Assembly (NCBI GenBank): GCA_016196885.1
Contig: JACPWU010000058.1
Location: 1-32,000 of the forward strand
Source: Chlamydiota bacterium
GTDB lineage: Bacteria; Auribacterota; JACPWU01
Length of the DNA stretch: 32,000 nucleotides
Reading direction: 5' to 3'
Below are positions 15,521 through 23,098 of the stretch, one piece after another. The notes beneath the pieces are model-generated. The model made no database searches, was not told the DNA's origin, and saw nothing but the letters and a program-made list of their open reading frames with translations. Within the stretch, counting starts at the first letter, position 1; every line of letters starts with the position of its first letter. The translations under genes and the position numbers were made by a program.

Positions 15521-16701
15521 CATCAAAAATTAAAGTCTGTCACGTGATTACCCGTTTGATCATCGGAGGGGCACAGGAGAATACCCTTTTCACGGTAGAG
15601 GGTTTATCTCAAAAAAATGATTTTGACGTGACCTTGGTTTATGGTCCAGAAAAGGGACCCGAGGGAGATTTAAGTTTGAAAATGAAGTCGCCCGCGCGTT
15701 TTAGGACAAGGGTCGAACCCTTCTTGAGAAGGAATATTCATCCCCTCTATGATGCGATGGCCTTTTTGAGACTTCTTATTTTTTTTCGCAAAGAGCATTT
15801 TCAAATTGTGCACACGCACAGTTCCAAGGCTGGTATTTTGGCCCGCCTCGCTGCCTTTTGTGCAGGTGTTCCTGTCATTGTTCATACCATTCATGGCCTC
15901 CCATTCCACGCCTTTCAAAATATTTGGGTGAATCGTTTGTACCGATGGCTTGAGCGTGTGTCGGCCCTTTGGACACAACGCATCATTGCTGTTGCGGATG
16001 CCATGACGCGGCAGGCAGTCCAGGCCAGGGTTGCCCCCCAAGAAAAATTTATGACCATTCACAGCGGGATGGACTTGGACGTTTTTATTCATCCCCCCAG
16101 AGATGTTCAAATGATCCGAGAAAAGTGGGGACTCTCTCCCACCGATTGGGTGGTGGGAAAAATTGCGCGGCTCTTTTATCTTAAAGGACATGAATATCTC
16201 ATTCAAGCGGCCTCAAAGGTGGTGAACGAATTTCCCAAGGTGAAATTTTTGCTGGTGGGAGATGGTATTTTAAAAGATGATTTAAAGAAAAAAATTGCAG
16301 AGTCAGGATTGGAAAAAAATTTTATTTTTGCAGGCCTCGTTTCTCCCGAGCAAATCCCCTCCATGATTGCTATCATGGATGTGGTGGTGCATGTTTCTTT
16401 GCGGGAAGGCTTGGCCAAGGTTTTGCCTCAGAGCTTGGCTTCGGGCAAGCCCGTGATTGCCTTTGATTTGGACGGTGCCAATGAAGTGGTGCGGGATGGG
16501 GTGAATGGATTTCTCATTCGTCCTTTTGATATTTCTTCTTTAAGCGAGGCCATTTTAAAATTAAAAAGAGATCCAGGGCTTTCCCGTCGTTTAGGTCAAC
16601 GGGGTCTTGAAACCGTGGATCCTTATTTTAGGAAAGAGTACATGGTGGGGAGGATTGAGGAAGTTTATAGGGGGTTGATAGGGATTGATGATAGAATATA
16701 A
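15517..16701 (+). CDS. Glycosyltransferase family 4 (GT-B fold)
   Basis: 394 aa. N-terminal VITRLIIGGAQENT and C-terminal EGLAKVLPQSLASGKPVIAFDLDGANEVVRDGVNGFLI. ATGA overlap. Confidence 0.9.
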   Translation: MTSKIKVCHVITRLIIGGAQENTLFTVEGLSQKNDFDVTLVYGPEKGPEGDLSLKMKSPARFRTRVEPFLRRNIHPLYDAMAFLRLLIFFRKEHFQIVHTHSSKAGILARLAAFCAGVPVIVHTIHGLPFHAFQNIWVNRLYRWLERVSALWTQRIIAVADAMTRQAVQARVAPQEKFMTIHSGMDLDVFIHPPRDVQMIREKWGLSPTDWVVGKIARLFYLKGHEYLIQAASKVVNEFPKVKFLLVGDGILKDDLKKKIAESGLEKNFIFAGLVSPEQIPSMIAIMDVVVHVSLREGLAKVLPQSLASGKPVIAFDLDGANEVVRDGVNGFLIRPFDISSLSEAILKLKRDPGLSRRLGQRGLETVDPYFRKEYMVGRIEEVYRGLIGIDDRI

Positions 16702-16710
16702 AATGAGTTT

Positions 16711-16838
16711 AATAACCAATAACCAATTTCAAATGACAAATGAATAATCCAATGTCCAATTCCCAACGATTTAAGCCTTGGGAAATTAGCGTTGGTCCTT
16801 GGAATTAATTTGTCATTGATAATTGAGAATTTGTCATT
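16711..16838. repeat. Heptamer-phased word array folding into a long imperfect hairpin
   Basis: Left arm is 8 x 7 nt: AATAACC AATAACC AATTTCA AATGACA AATGAAT AATCCAA TGTCCAA TTCCCAA (16711-16766). Right arm (16778-16838) is its imperfect reverse complement (TTGGGAA...ATTTGTCATT twice, 21 nt apart). Confidence 0.6.
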
Positions 16839-16842
16839 CGCT

Positions 16843-17946
16843 ATGTGGTCACTCGTTTATATTTATCTTTTGCTCTTTTCTTTCGCGGTGTCTTGGCTTT
16901 GCGTTCATTTTTGCGCAAGGCTGGCTTTGAAATTAAACCTAATGGATGAGCCAGGGCCTCGGAAGATTCAGAAGAAGTCCATTCCTCTCTTGGGAGGTTT
17001 AGGGATGATCTTGGCGTTTGTAATCACGGTTTGGATCAGTTTAGTTTTATTAAAAATATTTTCTCATCATGCTTTTTTTCTCTCCCATTTTCCAACTGAG
17101 CTTCTCAGGTATGTGCCAGGTGTCTTGAAGGTTTCTCATAAGTTATGGGCCATTGCCTGGGGGAGTTTTCTCGTTTTTTTGGTGGGTTTGGTAGATGATT
17201 TTAGGGAACTGGGCGCTTGGCCAAAACTCATTGTTCAAATCATCGCTGCCAGCCTTCTCTTTTTTGCGGGGGTGCGAATCACCATTTTCTCTTCGCATTT
17301 GATGGTGAGTTTACCCTTGACGGTTCTGTGGGTGGTGGCCATCACCAATGCCTTTAATCTCTTGGACAACATGGACGGTCTTTCAGCGGGCATTGCATGG
17401 ATCGGTTGTTTTTTTCTCCTGGTGATTACCGCTTCTCAAAATCAGTATTTTGTGAGCGTTTTGATTTGCGTTTTGATGGGGGCCCTCGGGGGATTCTTGA
17501 AGTTAAATTTTAATCCTGCGAAAATTTTCATGGGGGATGCCGGTAGCTATTGGATTGGGTATCTCATGGCCAGCGTGACCCTGTTGGCCACTTATTATGG
17601 GAAGGGAAATCCCAATTTCTTCTCTGTTCTGAAACCCGTTTTTATCTTGGGGGTTCCCCTTTATGATCTTTGCAGTGTGATTCTGATTCGGCTCTATCAA
17701 GGACGCTCCATTTTTGAGGCAGATCGTCAGCATTTCTCTCATCGTTTGATCGCCTTGGGCATGGGACAAGGGGGGGCCGTTCTTTTCCTTTACTTGCTCT
17801 CCTTTTCCTTTGGGACTTCCTCTCTCTTTCTCGAAAAAATTTCTAAATGGCAACTTTATTTTGTAGGACTGCAGGCGTTATCCTTTGTGTCAATCATAGC
17901 CCTTCTTGAATATTTTGGACGCAAAAGGGAGAATTCGTCCACTTGA
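16843..17946 (+). CDS. Polyprenyl-phosphate N-acetylhexosamine-1-phosphate transferase (WecA/MraY family, initiating enzyme)
   Basis: VDDFRELG, NAFNLLDNMDGLSAG and IFMGDAGSYWIGY motifs, about 10 TM segments. Start taken at the ATG at 16843; the track TTG at 16792 lies inside the hairpin repeat. Confidence 0.85.
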   Translation: MWSLVYIYLLLFSFAVSWLCVHFCARLALKLNLMDEPGPRKIQKKSIPLLGGLGMILAFVITVWISLVLLKIFSHHAFFLSHFPTELLRYVPGVLKVSHKLWAIAWGSFLVFLVGLVDDFRELGAWPKLIVQIIAASLLFFAGVRITIFSSHLMVSLPLTVLWVVAITNAFNLLDNMDGLSAGIAWIGCFFLLVITASQNQYFVSVLICVLMGALGGFLKLNFNPAKIFMGDAGSYWIGYLMASVTLLATYYGKGNPNFFSVLKPVFILGVPLYDLCSVILIRLYQGRSIFEADRQHFSHRLIALGMGQGGAVLFLYLLSFSFGTSSLFLEKISKWQLYFVGLQALSFVSIIALLEYFGRKRENSST

Positions 17947-19829
17947 TTTCAACTGCAAAGGCCCACTCGATTCTGGACCGTATTCTAAAAAAAACATTGT
18001 CATACGGTCTGATCCTGCTGATGACTCTTCGTCCCTTGGTTTCAGGAATGGCAGAGCCGTCTTCAAATGTTTTCTTTTTTGTTGGAGCCCTCTTTCTCTT
18101 TTTCGTTTGGTTTTTAAAGTCTGTTTTAAGAGGCGAGATTTTTTTTCGAAAGACTCCCCTTGATTTTTTACACCTCATTTTTTTGTGCGCCCTCGGCTTG
18201 TCATGGTCTCAATCCATCCATCGCTATGAAGGGATTCCATTTATTCTCAATATGCTCACGGTCATTCTTGTTTACTGTTTAATCATTCAAACGCATGAAA
18301 ATGAGGCAGATTCGGCCCGCCTGATTTTATTTTTATTGATGACGGCAAGTATCGTTAGCTTCTATGCCCTTTATCAAAGGCTTTTTGGGCTTCATGAAAC
18401 CTTTCAATATTTGGTAGAACACCATGTCCAGATTGAGAAATTAACCACGGCTTTTAAACATCGTTTAACGAGCCCTCGCGTCTTTGCAACATTGATTTAT
18501 CCCAACGCCTTGGCTGGGTATTTGCTAAGCATTATTCCTTTAGCGCTTTCAACGATCCTCATTAAAAAAGGAGGGTTTTATCGGAAAGTGGCCATTGTTT
18601 CTATCATGGGAGGTGTGTTGGTTTTTCTTTTGTGTGAGAAACCTCTTTGGATGATCGCGGGCGGGGTGCTGGGCATTTTTTATCCTTTTCTTTACCTTCT
18701 TGCTTTTTTTCTGACCCTTTCAAAAGGGGGATGGGCCGTTTTCTTTTTGATGAGAGTCATGGCCTATTTTCTTTTTTATCGAGAAATCTCCCCTCGTTTT
18801 AAAAAACTATTTCTCTTGGGGGTTGGATTGTTAGAAATGGGGGGATGTTTTTTTCTCATGAGACATGATCCCGATTTTCTTTTCAAGGCTTTTAAATCTT
18901 TTGAGGTGCGCTGTCAGTATTGGCAGGCGGCAGGCGGGATGGTGAGGGATTATCTGGGTTTGGGGGTGGGACCTGCGGCCTTCGGTTCTCTTTATGCGCA
19001 TTATCAATTGCCTAGCGCAGAGGAGACGCGCATGGCGCACAATAATTTTTTGCAAGTGGCCTCGGAATTGGGAATCATCGGGGGTGTTGCTTTTCTTCTG
19101 ATTTGGCTTGTTCCCCTCATCAAGGGTTTGAAGAAATTCCAATTTTCTTCTCCCATTGAGAGAGGAGCTCTTTTTGCAAGTTTAGCCTTCGTCCTGCATG
19201 GGCTCGTAGATTTTGATCTTTATGAGCCTGCCCTGGCGATGAATGCCTGGGCATTCTTGGCGCTTTTATCGTGCGGGCATTCGGAAAAAAGGCATGGGTT
19301 TTCCTTTCGATGTGAGAGTTCCAAAATGAAGGGGGCTCTGATGATCGCGGGTCAAGTTGTGGCCGTTTCTTTGATTTTGCTCGTGCGGTCTTATGATCAG
19401 GCTGAGAATTATTTTAGGCAGGCTGTCGAGGCCCGGGCTCAAAAAAAATGGGAAGAGGCCGGGTGGGCTGTGGAAAGATCTCTCCAATTTTGTCATTTGA
19501 ATCCCCAAGCCTATGTCTTGAAGGCAACTCTCAACGAGCGTGAAAAAAAATGGCATGAAGCCATCGCTTCGTATGAAGAGGCCATCCAAAGAGATTCACA
19601 TAATCCCCTTTTTCCCTATCGTCAGTCGCTTCTTTATGAACGTTTGGAAAAAGAAGAGGGTAAAAGTTATGCTTCCCAGATTGAGGCGTGTTTAAAGAAA
19701 GCGATTTTTGATTATCCATCCCATGCCTCTTTGCATCTTGCCCTAGCCCATTTTTATCAAAGGGTTGGACGGCGTGAAGAGGCCTTGGTAGAATATAAAG
19801 AAGCGACTCGCTTGGGTCGTAACCCCTAA
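17943..19829 (+). CDS. O-antigen ligase (Wzy_C/WaaL-like) family membrane protein with C-terminal TPR repeats
   Basis: 628 aa, polytopic N-terminal part of about 450 aa with AHNNFLQVASELGIIGGVAFLLIW. The C-terminal part of about 150 aa has TPR-like repeats (YEEAIQRDSHNP..., HFYQRVGRREEALVEYKEA). TTGA overlap with the upstream gene. Confidence 0.85.
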   Translation: MISTAKAHSILDRILKKTLSYGLILLMTLRPLVSGMAEPSSNVFFFVGALFLFFVWFLKSVLRGEIFFRKTPLDFLHLIFLCALGLSWSQSIHRYEGIPFILNMLTVILVYCLIIQTHENEADSARLILFLLMTASIVSFYALYQRLFGLHETFQYLVEHHVQIEKLTTAFKHRLTSPRVFATLIYPNALAGYLLSIIPLALSTILIKKGGFYRKVAIVSIMGGVLVFLLCEKPLWMIAGGVLGIFYPFLYLLAFFLTLSKGGWAVFFLMRVMAYFLFYREISPRFKKLFLLGVGLLEMGGCFFLMRHDPDFLFKAFKSFEVRCQYWQAAGGMVRDYLGLGVGPAAFGSLYAHYQLPSAEETRMAHNNFLQVASELGIIGGVAFLLIWLVPLIKGLKKFQFSSPIERGALFASLAFVLHGLVDFDLYEPALAMNAWAFLALLSCGHSEKRHGFSFRCESSKMKGALMIAGQVVAVSLILLVRSYDQAENYFRQAVEARAQKKWEEAGWAVERSLQFCHLNPQAYVLKATLNEREKKWHEAIASYEEAIQRDSHNPLFPYRQSLLYERLEKEEGKSYASQIEACLKKAIFDYPSHASLHLALAHFYQRVGRREEALVEYKEATRLGRNP

Positions 19830-19888
19830 CCCCTCCCATCACCCCGGAAGGGGCCGTTTCACGGAGGGAGGGGAAAACAAGAGTTTTC
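19821..19888. repeat. Short C-tract/G-tract hairpin cluster on the ligase stop codon (possible truncated relative of the TAAC repeat family)
   Basis: TAACCCCTAACCCCTCCCATCACCCC. CCCCTCCC (19830-37) pairs with GGGAGGGG (19866-73). Inner CCCC-GGAA-GGGG (19842-53), then GAAAAC-AAGA-GTTTTC (19873-88). Confidence 0.45.
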
Positions 19889-19927
19889 GGACGGTCTCAA
19901 TAAAACGGGAGGAAAAAAGGAATTCAC

Positions 19928-20368
19928 ATGTCTAAAATTTTTGTCATCCATGGCCCCAATCTGGCGCTTCTCGGAGAGCGAGAGCCGGAAATTTACGGCC
20001 ACGTTTCTTTGAAGGCCATTAATGAGGCCATGAAAAAAAAGGCGCAAGACTTGAACTTTCAGATTGATTTTTTTCAATCGGATCATGAAGGAGAAATTGT
20101 TTCTAAAATTGGGAGCCTTATAAAATTAGGGATTGATTATTTAATCATCAACCCTGCAGCCTACACCCATACCAGTGTCGCGATTCGGGATGCGATTGGC
20201 GCAGTGAAAATTCCTACGATTGAAGTTCATCTTTCCAATGTTTATGCCCGTGAAGAATTCCGCCATAAGTCTTTGATCGCCCCTGTAGCTGTGGGGCAGA
20301 TCTCCGGCTTTGGAGTTCAAAGTTATATTTTGGCCATGGAGGCGATTGCGACGCTCGGGTTGAAATAG
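19928..20368 (+). CDS. aroQ: Type II 3-dehydroquinate dehydratase
   Basis: MSKIFVIHGPNLALLGEREPEIYG...INPAAYTHTSVAIRDA...EVHLSNV, 146 aa. Confidence 0.95.
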   Translation: MSKIFVIHGPNLALLGEREPEIYGHVSLKAINEAMKKKAQDLNFQIDFFQSDHEGEIVSKIGSLIKLGIDYLIINPAAYTHTSVAIRDAIGAVKIPTIEVHLSNVYAREEFRHKSLIAPVAVGQISGFGVQSYILAMEAIATLGLK

Positions 20369-20562
20369 TGACAAAGCGAATACGGCGGTTTCTGAAATTA
20401 TTCTGTGGTTGGTCTCTTCTTGCTATTGGAATAGTCGGTTTATTCCTTCCCTTTCTTCAAGGGATTCTCATGATCGTGAGTGGTTTGGCACTCTTAGCGA
20501 CAGAATACCCTTGGGCAAAGGGCTGGCTTGAGGGAATCAAAAAGAAGATAAAGAAAAAATGA
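20368..20562 (+). CDS. Small two-TM membrane protein, PGPGW-family-like
   Basis: 64 aa. ...LLAIGIVGLFLPFLQGILMIVSGLALLATEYPWAKGWL... GTG start sharing one base with the aroQ stop. Its stop overlaps the next start (ATGA). Confidence 0.55.
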   Translation: MTKRIRRFLKLFCGWSLLAIGIVGLFLPFLQGILMIVSGLALLATEYPWAKGWLEGIKKKIKKK

Positions 20563-21602
20563 AGACGAAAGTCATCGCCGTTCTAGGGATGCATCGAAGC
20601 GGAACTTCTGTGATTACTCGTGCCCTGAATTTAGGGGGGGTCTATTTGGGTGAGCCAGGTGATCTCATGGAAGGTGCTTCAGATAATTCCGAAGGTTTTT
20701 GGGAACACAAGGGGATCGTAGATCTTAACGAGCGGATTTTACAGGCCCTCAAAAGGACATGGGACAGTGTTCTCCCGCTTCCTCACGAGTGGCATCTTTC
20801 GAAAGACTTTCAACCGTTCAAATCCGAGATGGTGAGACTGATCAAAAGTTGTTTTTTGAATCGTCCCCTTTGGGGATGGAAGGATCCACGAACCTCTTTA
20901 ACCTTTGATCTTTGGAAAGAGGCCCTTCGTGAATTGGGGATGGACTGTGTCTCTCTCGTTATGATTCGAAATCCTTTAGACGTCGCAAAATCTCTTTTGA
21001 AACGGAATGGTTTTTCTCAAGGTAAATCATTTGGGATGTGGCTTCATTACAACCTTTCTATTCTTCAAACGACCCAAGGGCTTCAGCGGACCTTTCTCTT
21101 CTATGATCTATTTCTGGAAAATTGGGAAAAGGAAATGAAAAATTGTTTTTCAAAAATGGGTCTAGATTGGCCCCGTGAAAACAATGTTTTGAATGAAGAA
21201 ATGAATGCGTTGATTCGCCTGGACCTTCGCCACAGCCAATCAAAATTTGAGGAGCTCAAAAAAAGAGAGGCCTCTCTTCCCCTTGTCACTGTATATGAAT
21301 TTCTTGAAATGCTGAGTCAGTCCTCTCAAGACTCCGTGTTTCAAATGAAAATAGAAACAGGGTGTAAAGACTTCTTGAACTATGCCCGTTATTTTCAAGA
21401 AGATATAGAATCTCTCTGGAAAGAAAAACAGCAATGTCAGATACTTGGCCAACATCTTTTGAAAGTAGAAAAGGCATTGTTGGAAGCGCAACAGGCACTC
21501 ATCCTTCAACAAAAGGAGCTCCAGGCATTTTTGAATTCCCGCAGTTGGAAACTCACAGCACCTCTGAGGATGTTCTCTCGCCTCTTAAGGTTTAGGAAAT
21601 GA
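20559..21602 (+). CDS. Sulfotransferase family protein with C-terminal coiled-coil tail
   Basis: 5'-PSB-like VLGMHRSGTS, 3'-PB-like RNPLDVAKSL, WKDPRTSL. The C-terminal part of about 70 aa is heptad-like (LLKVEKALLEAQQALILQQKELQAFL), followed by SRSWKLTAPLR. Confidence 0.8.
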   Translation: MKTKVIAVLGMHRSGTSVITRALNLGGVYLGEPGDLMEGASDNSEGFWEHKGIVDLNERILQALKRTWDSVLPLPHEWHLSKDFQPFKSEMVRLIKSCFLNRPLWGWKDPRTSLTFDLWKEALRELGMDCVSLVMIRNPLDVAKSLLKRNGFSQGKSFGMWLHYNLSILQTTQGLQRTFLFYDLFLENWEKEMKNCFSKMGLDWPRENNVLNEEMNALIRLDLRHSQSKFEELKKREASLPLVTVYEFLEMLSQSSQDSVFQMKIETGCKDFLNYARYFQEDIESLWKEKQQCQILGQHLLKVEKALLEAQQALILQQKELQAFLNSRSWKLTAPLRMFSRLLRFRK

Positions 21603-21666
21603 CGCGAAGTGTCATTTCTGAGACAAAAGTATCCCTTTTTTCTTTAGACTCCTGTTGAAACGAAAG

Positions 21667-21675
21667 TGCTATAAT
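21667..21675 (+). promoter_or_regulatory. Extended -10 promoter element
   Basis: TGcTATAAT (TG 21667-68, TATAAT 21670-75). No convincing -35. Confidence 0.35.
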
Positions 21676-21733
21676 TATCCTAACCTGATAAGAGAGATAA
21701 AATAAGAGAAGCAGAGATGAGACCTTTTTTCTT

Positions 21734-21810
21734 GAGTCCACAGAGGGTCGTCTAAAATCCACGGGACAGTGGTTTCGTGGACTATGGACTATCGACTGTG
21801 GACTTTTTTT
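21734..21810 (+). terminator. Long hairpin with T7 run, 22 nt upstream of the eRF1-like gene start
   Basis: AGTCCACAG (21735-43) pairs with CTGTGGACT (21796-804), followed by TTTTTTT to 21810. Inner TCCACG/CGTGGA (21758-63 / 21775-80). The 3' arm is built from heptamers TGGACTA TGGACTA TCGACTG TGGACTT (21778-21805). Confidence 0.5.
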
Positions 21811-21832
21811 AAAGTAAATAGGAGATGATGCC

Positions 21833-22969
21833 ATGATCAGCTTTCGACAAATAGAAGAATTGATCAACATGAAAACAGATTCTCTCCCCTTGGTCAGTTT
21901 TTATTTAGGCATGGAGGGGAGCCGTTATTCAAAAAAGAATTGCGAAAATGCCTTGAAGGATTTGATGAAAGAAAGAGAGAAGGATATTCAGAATTTTGAA
22001 AAGAATAAAAATCATAAACTCTCTTTAGAAAAAGATTTTGAAAAAATTCGTCAATATGTGAAAAATGAATTGGATTGGAAAGGGAAAAAAGGTGTGGCCA
22101 TTTTTTCTTCTTCCTCTATGAATTTCTGGCAAGTTTATTTTTTGCCCAGTTCTGTGAAAAATACTTTGGTCATTGATCATACACCTTACATTCGTCCGTT
22201 GATTGCCCTTTTTGATGAATATCGCCGATTTTGCATGGTCTTGGTGGATAAATCCAAGGCGAGAATTTTTGAGGTGTTCTTGGGCGAAATTGAAGAACAT
22301 ACAGAGTTTACAGATGCCTTGCCTCGAAAAGCCAAAGCAGGGGGCTGGAAGGGATATGAAGAAAATCGTATTCAGCGGCATTTAACAGAAGAGGTACGGA
22401 AGCATTTTAAAAAGGTTGCGGATTCACTTACGGATCTTTTTAAGTTGCATCATTTTGATTGGTTGATTTTAGGAGGGCATCGGGCAGAGTTTCCTGAGTT
22501 TGAGAAAGAGCTACGTCCTTTTTTAGAGGACAGAATTGTGGCTCGTTTGGAAATGGATTTACGCGCTTCTCAGGAAAATATTTTGGAGAAGGCGCTGAAG
22601 GTTGAGAAGGAGATTTCCAAAGAGCATGGCGAGACTTCTGTGAAAAATCTTTTAGAACTCACAGGAGAAAGGCAAGCCGTGACAGGCGTTCTCGGAACTT
22701 TAACAGCTTTTCGAAGAGGGCAGGTTCACAGCCTTGTGGTCAGCCGCGATTATCAGGTGCCTGGAATGCGGTGTTTGAAATGCGGTTATTTGGATCAAGA
22801 ACATAAGAATTGTCCTCAGTGTAAAGAGCCTTTACAGGCGATTCCTGATTTGGTGGACGATTTGGTAGAGGCAGCCGTCACTCAAGGGTGTAAGGTTGAG
22901 TATGTTTCTGGAAATGGTCGGGATCGTCAGTGGGGTGGGATCGGGGCGATTTTGAGGTTTAAAGGTTGA
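21833..22969 (+). CDS. Bacterial archaeo-eukaryotic release factor (eRF1/Pelota-like, baeRF) family protein with a Zn-ribbon insert
   Basis: 378 aa. M-domain-like LPRKAKAGGWKGYEENRIQRH..VRKHFKKVAD compares with eRF1 LPKKHGRGGQSALRFARLR..VRKVAE. C-terminal WGGIGAILRF compares with eRF1 GGIGGILRY. CLKCGYLDQEHKNCPQC. AGGAGA SD at 21820-25. Confidence 0.8.
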   Translation: MISFRQIEELINMKTDSLPLVSFYLGMEGSRYSKKNCENALKDLMKEREKDIQNFEKNKNHKLSLEKDFEKIRQYVKNELDWKGKKGVAIFSSSSMNFWQVYFLPSSVKNTLVIDHTPYIRPLIALFDEYRRFCMVLVDKSKARIFEVFLGEIEEHTEFTDALPRKAKAGGWKGYEENRIQRHLTEEVRKHFKKVADSLTDLFKLHHFDWLILGGHRAEFPEFEKELRPFLEDRIVARLEMDLRASQENILEKALKVEKEISKEHGETSVKNLLELTGERQAVTGVLGTLTAFRRGQVHSLVVSRDYQVPGMRCLKCGYLDQEHKNCPQCKEPLQAIPDLVDDLVEAAVTQGCKVEYVSGNGRDRQWGGIGAILRFKG

Positions 22970-22981
22970 AGGATTACAAGT

Positions 22982-23098
22982 ACAGGACGGTTTCATTTAG
23001 AGTTTTGAATTTGAGTTTTAGAATTTGTTTCGGATTTCGAATTTCGTGCTTCGGATTTGGTATTTTAATTTGATCATTGTGATATAATGCCGTCCTGT
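22982..23098. repeat. Inverted-repeat-bracketed simple-sequence tract (GAATTT/GGATTT words, 7-nt phase)
   Basis: ACAGGACGG (22982-90) pairs with CCGTCCTGT (23090-98). Interior includes TTTCGGA TTTCGAA TTTCGTG CTTCGGA TTTGGTA (23028-62), preceded by TTGAATT TGAGTTT TAGAATT. Confidence 0.5.
23080..23088 (+). promoter_or_regulatory. Extended -10 promoter for the CBS-korAB-CBS operon
   Basis: TGaTATAAT (TATAAT 23083-88). The ORF-track ATG at 23087 lies inside this box. Confidence 0.4.

Noticed and set aside
15670-16206. 178-aa ORF on the - strand
   Set aside because: It is entirely antisense to a well-supported GT4 gene, has no recognisable motifs and no SD. It is a typical shadow ORF.
16711-16838. 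Intergenic repeated words considered as a CRISPR array (also 21778-21805 and 23028-23062)
   Set aside because: The repeat unit is only 7 nt, there are no unique spacers, and no cas genes are present. These are simple tandem or inverted word arrays.
19894-19901. GTCTCAAT half-site upstream of aroQ, resembling half of the candidate Fur-family operator
   Set aside because: It is a single 8-nt half-site with no inverted partner at the 3-nt spacing, which is compatible with chance.
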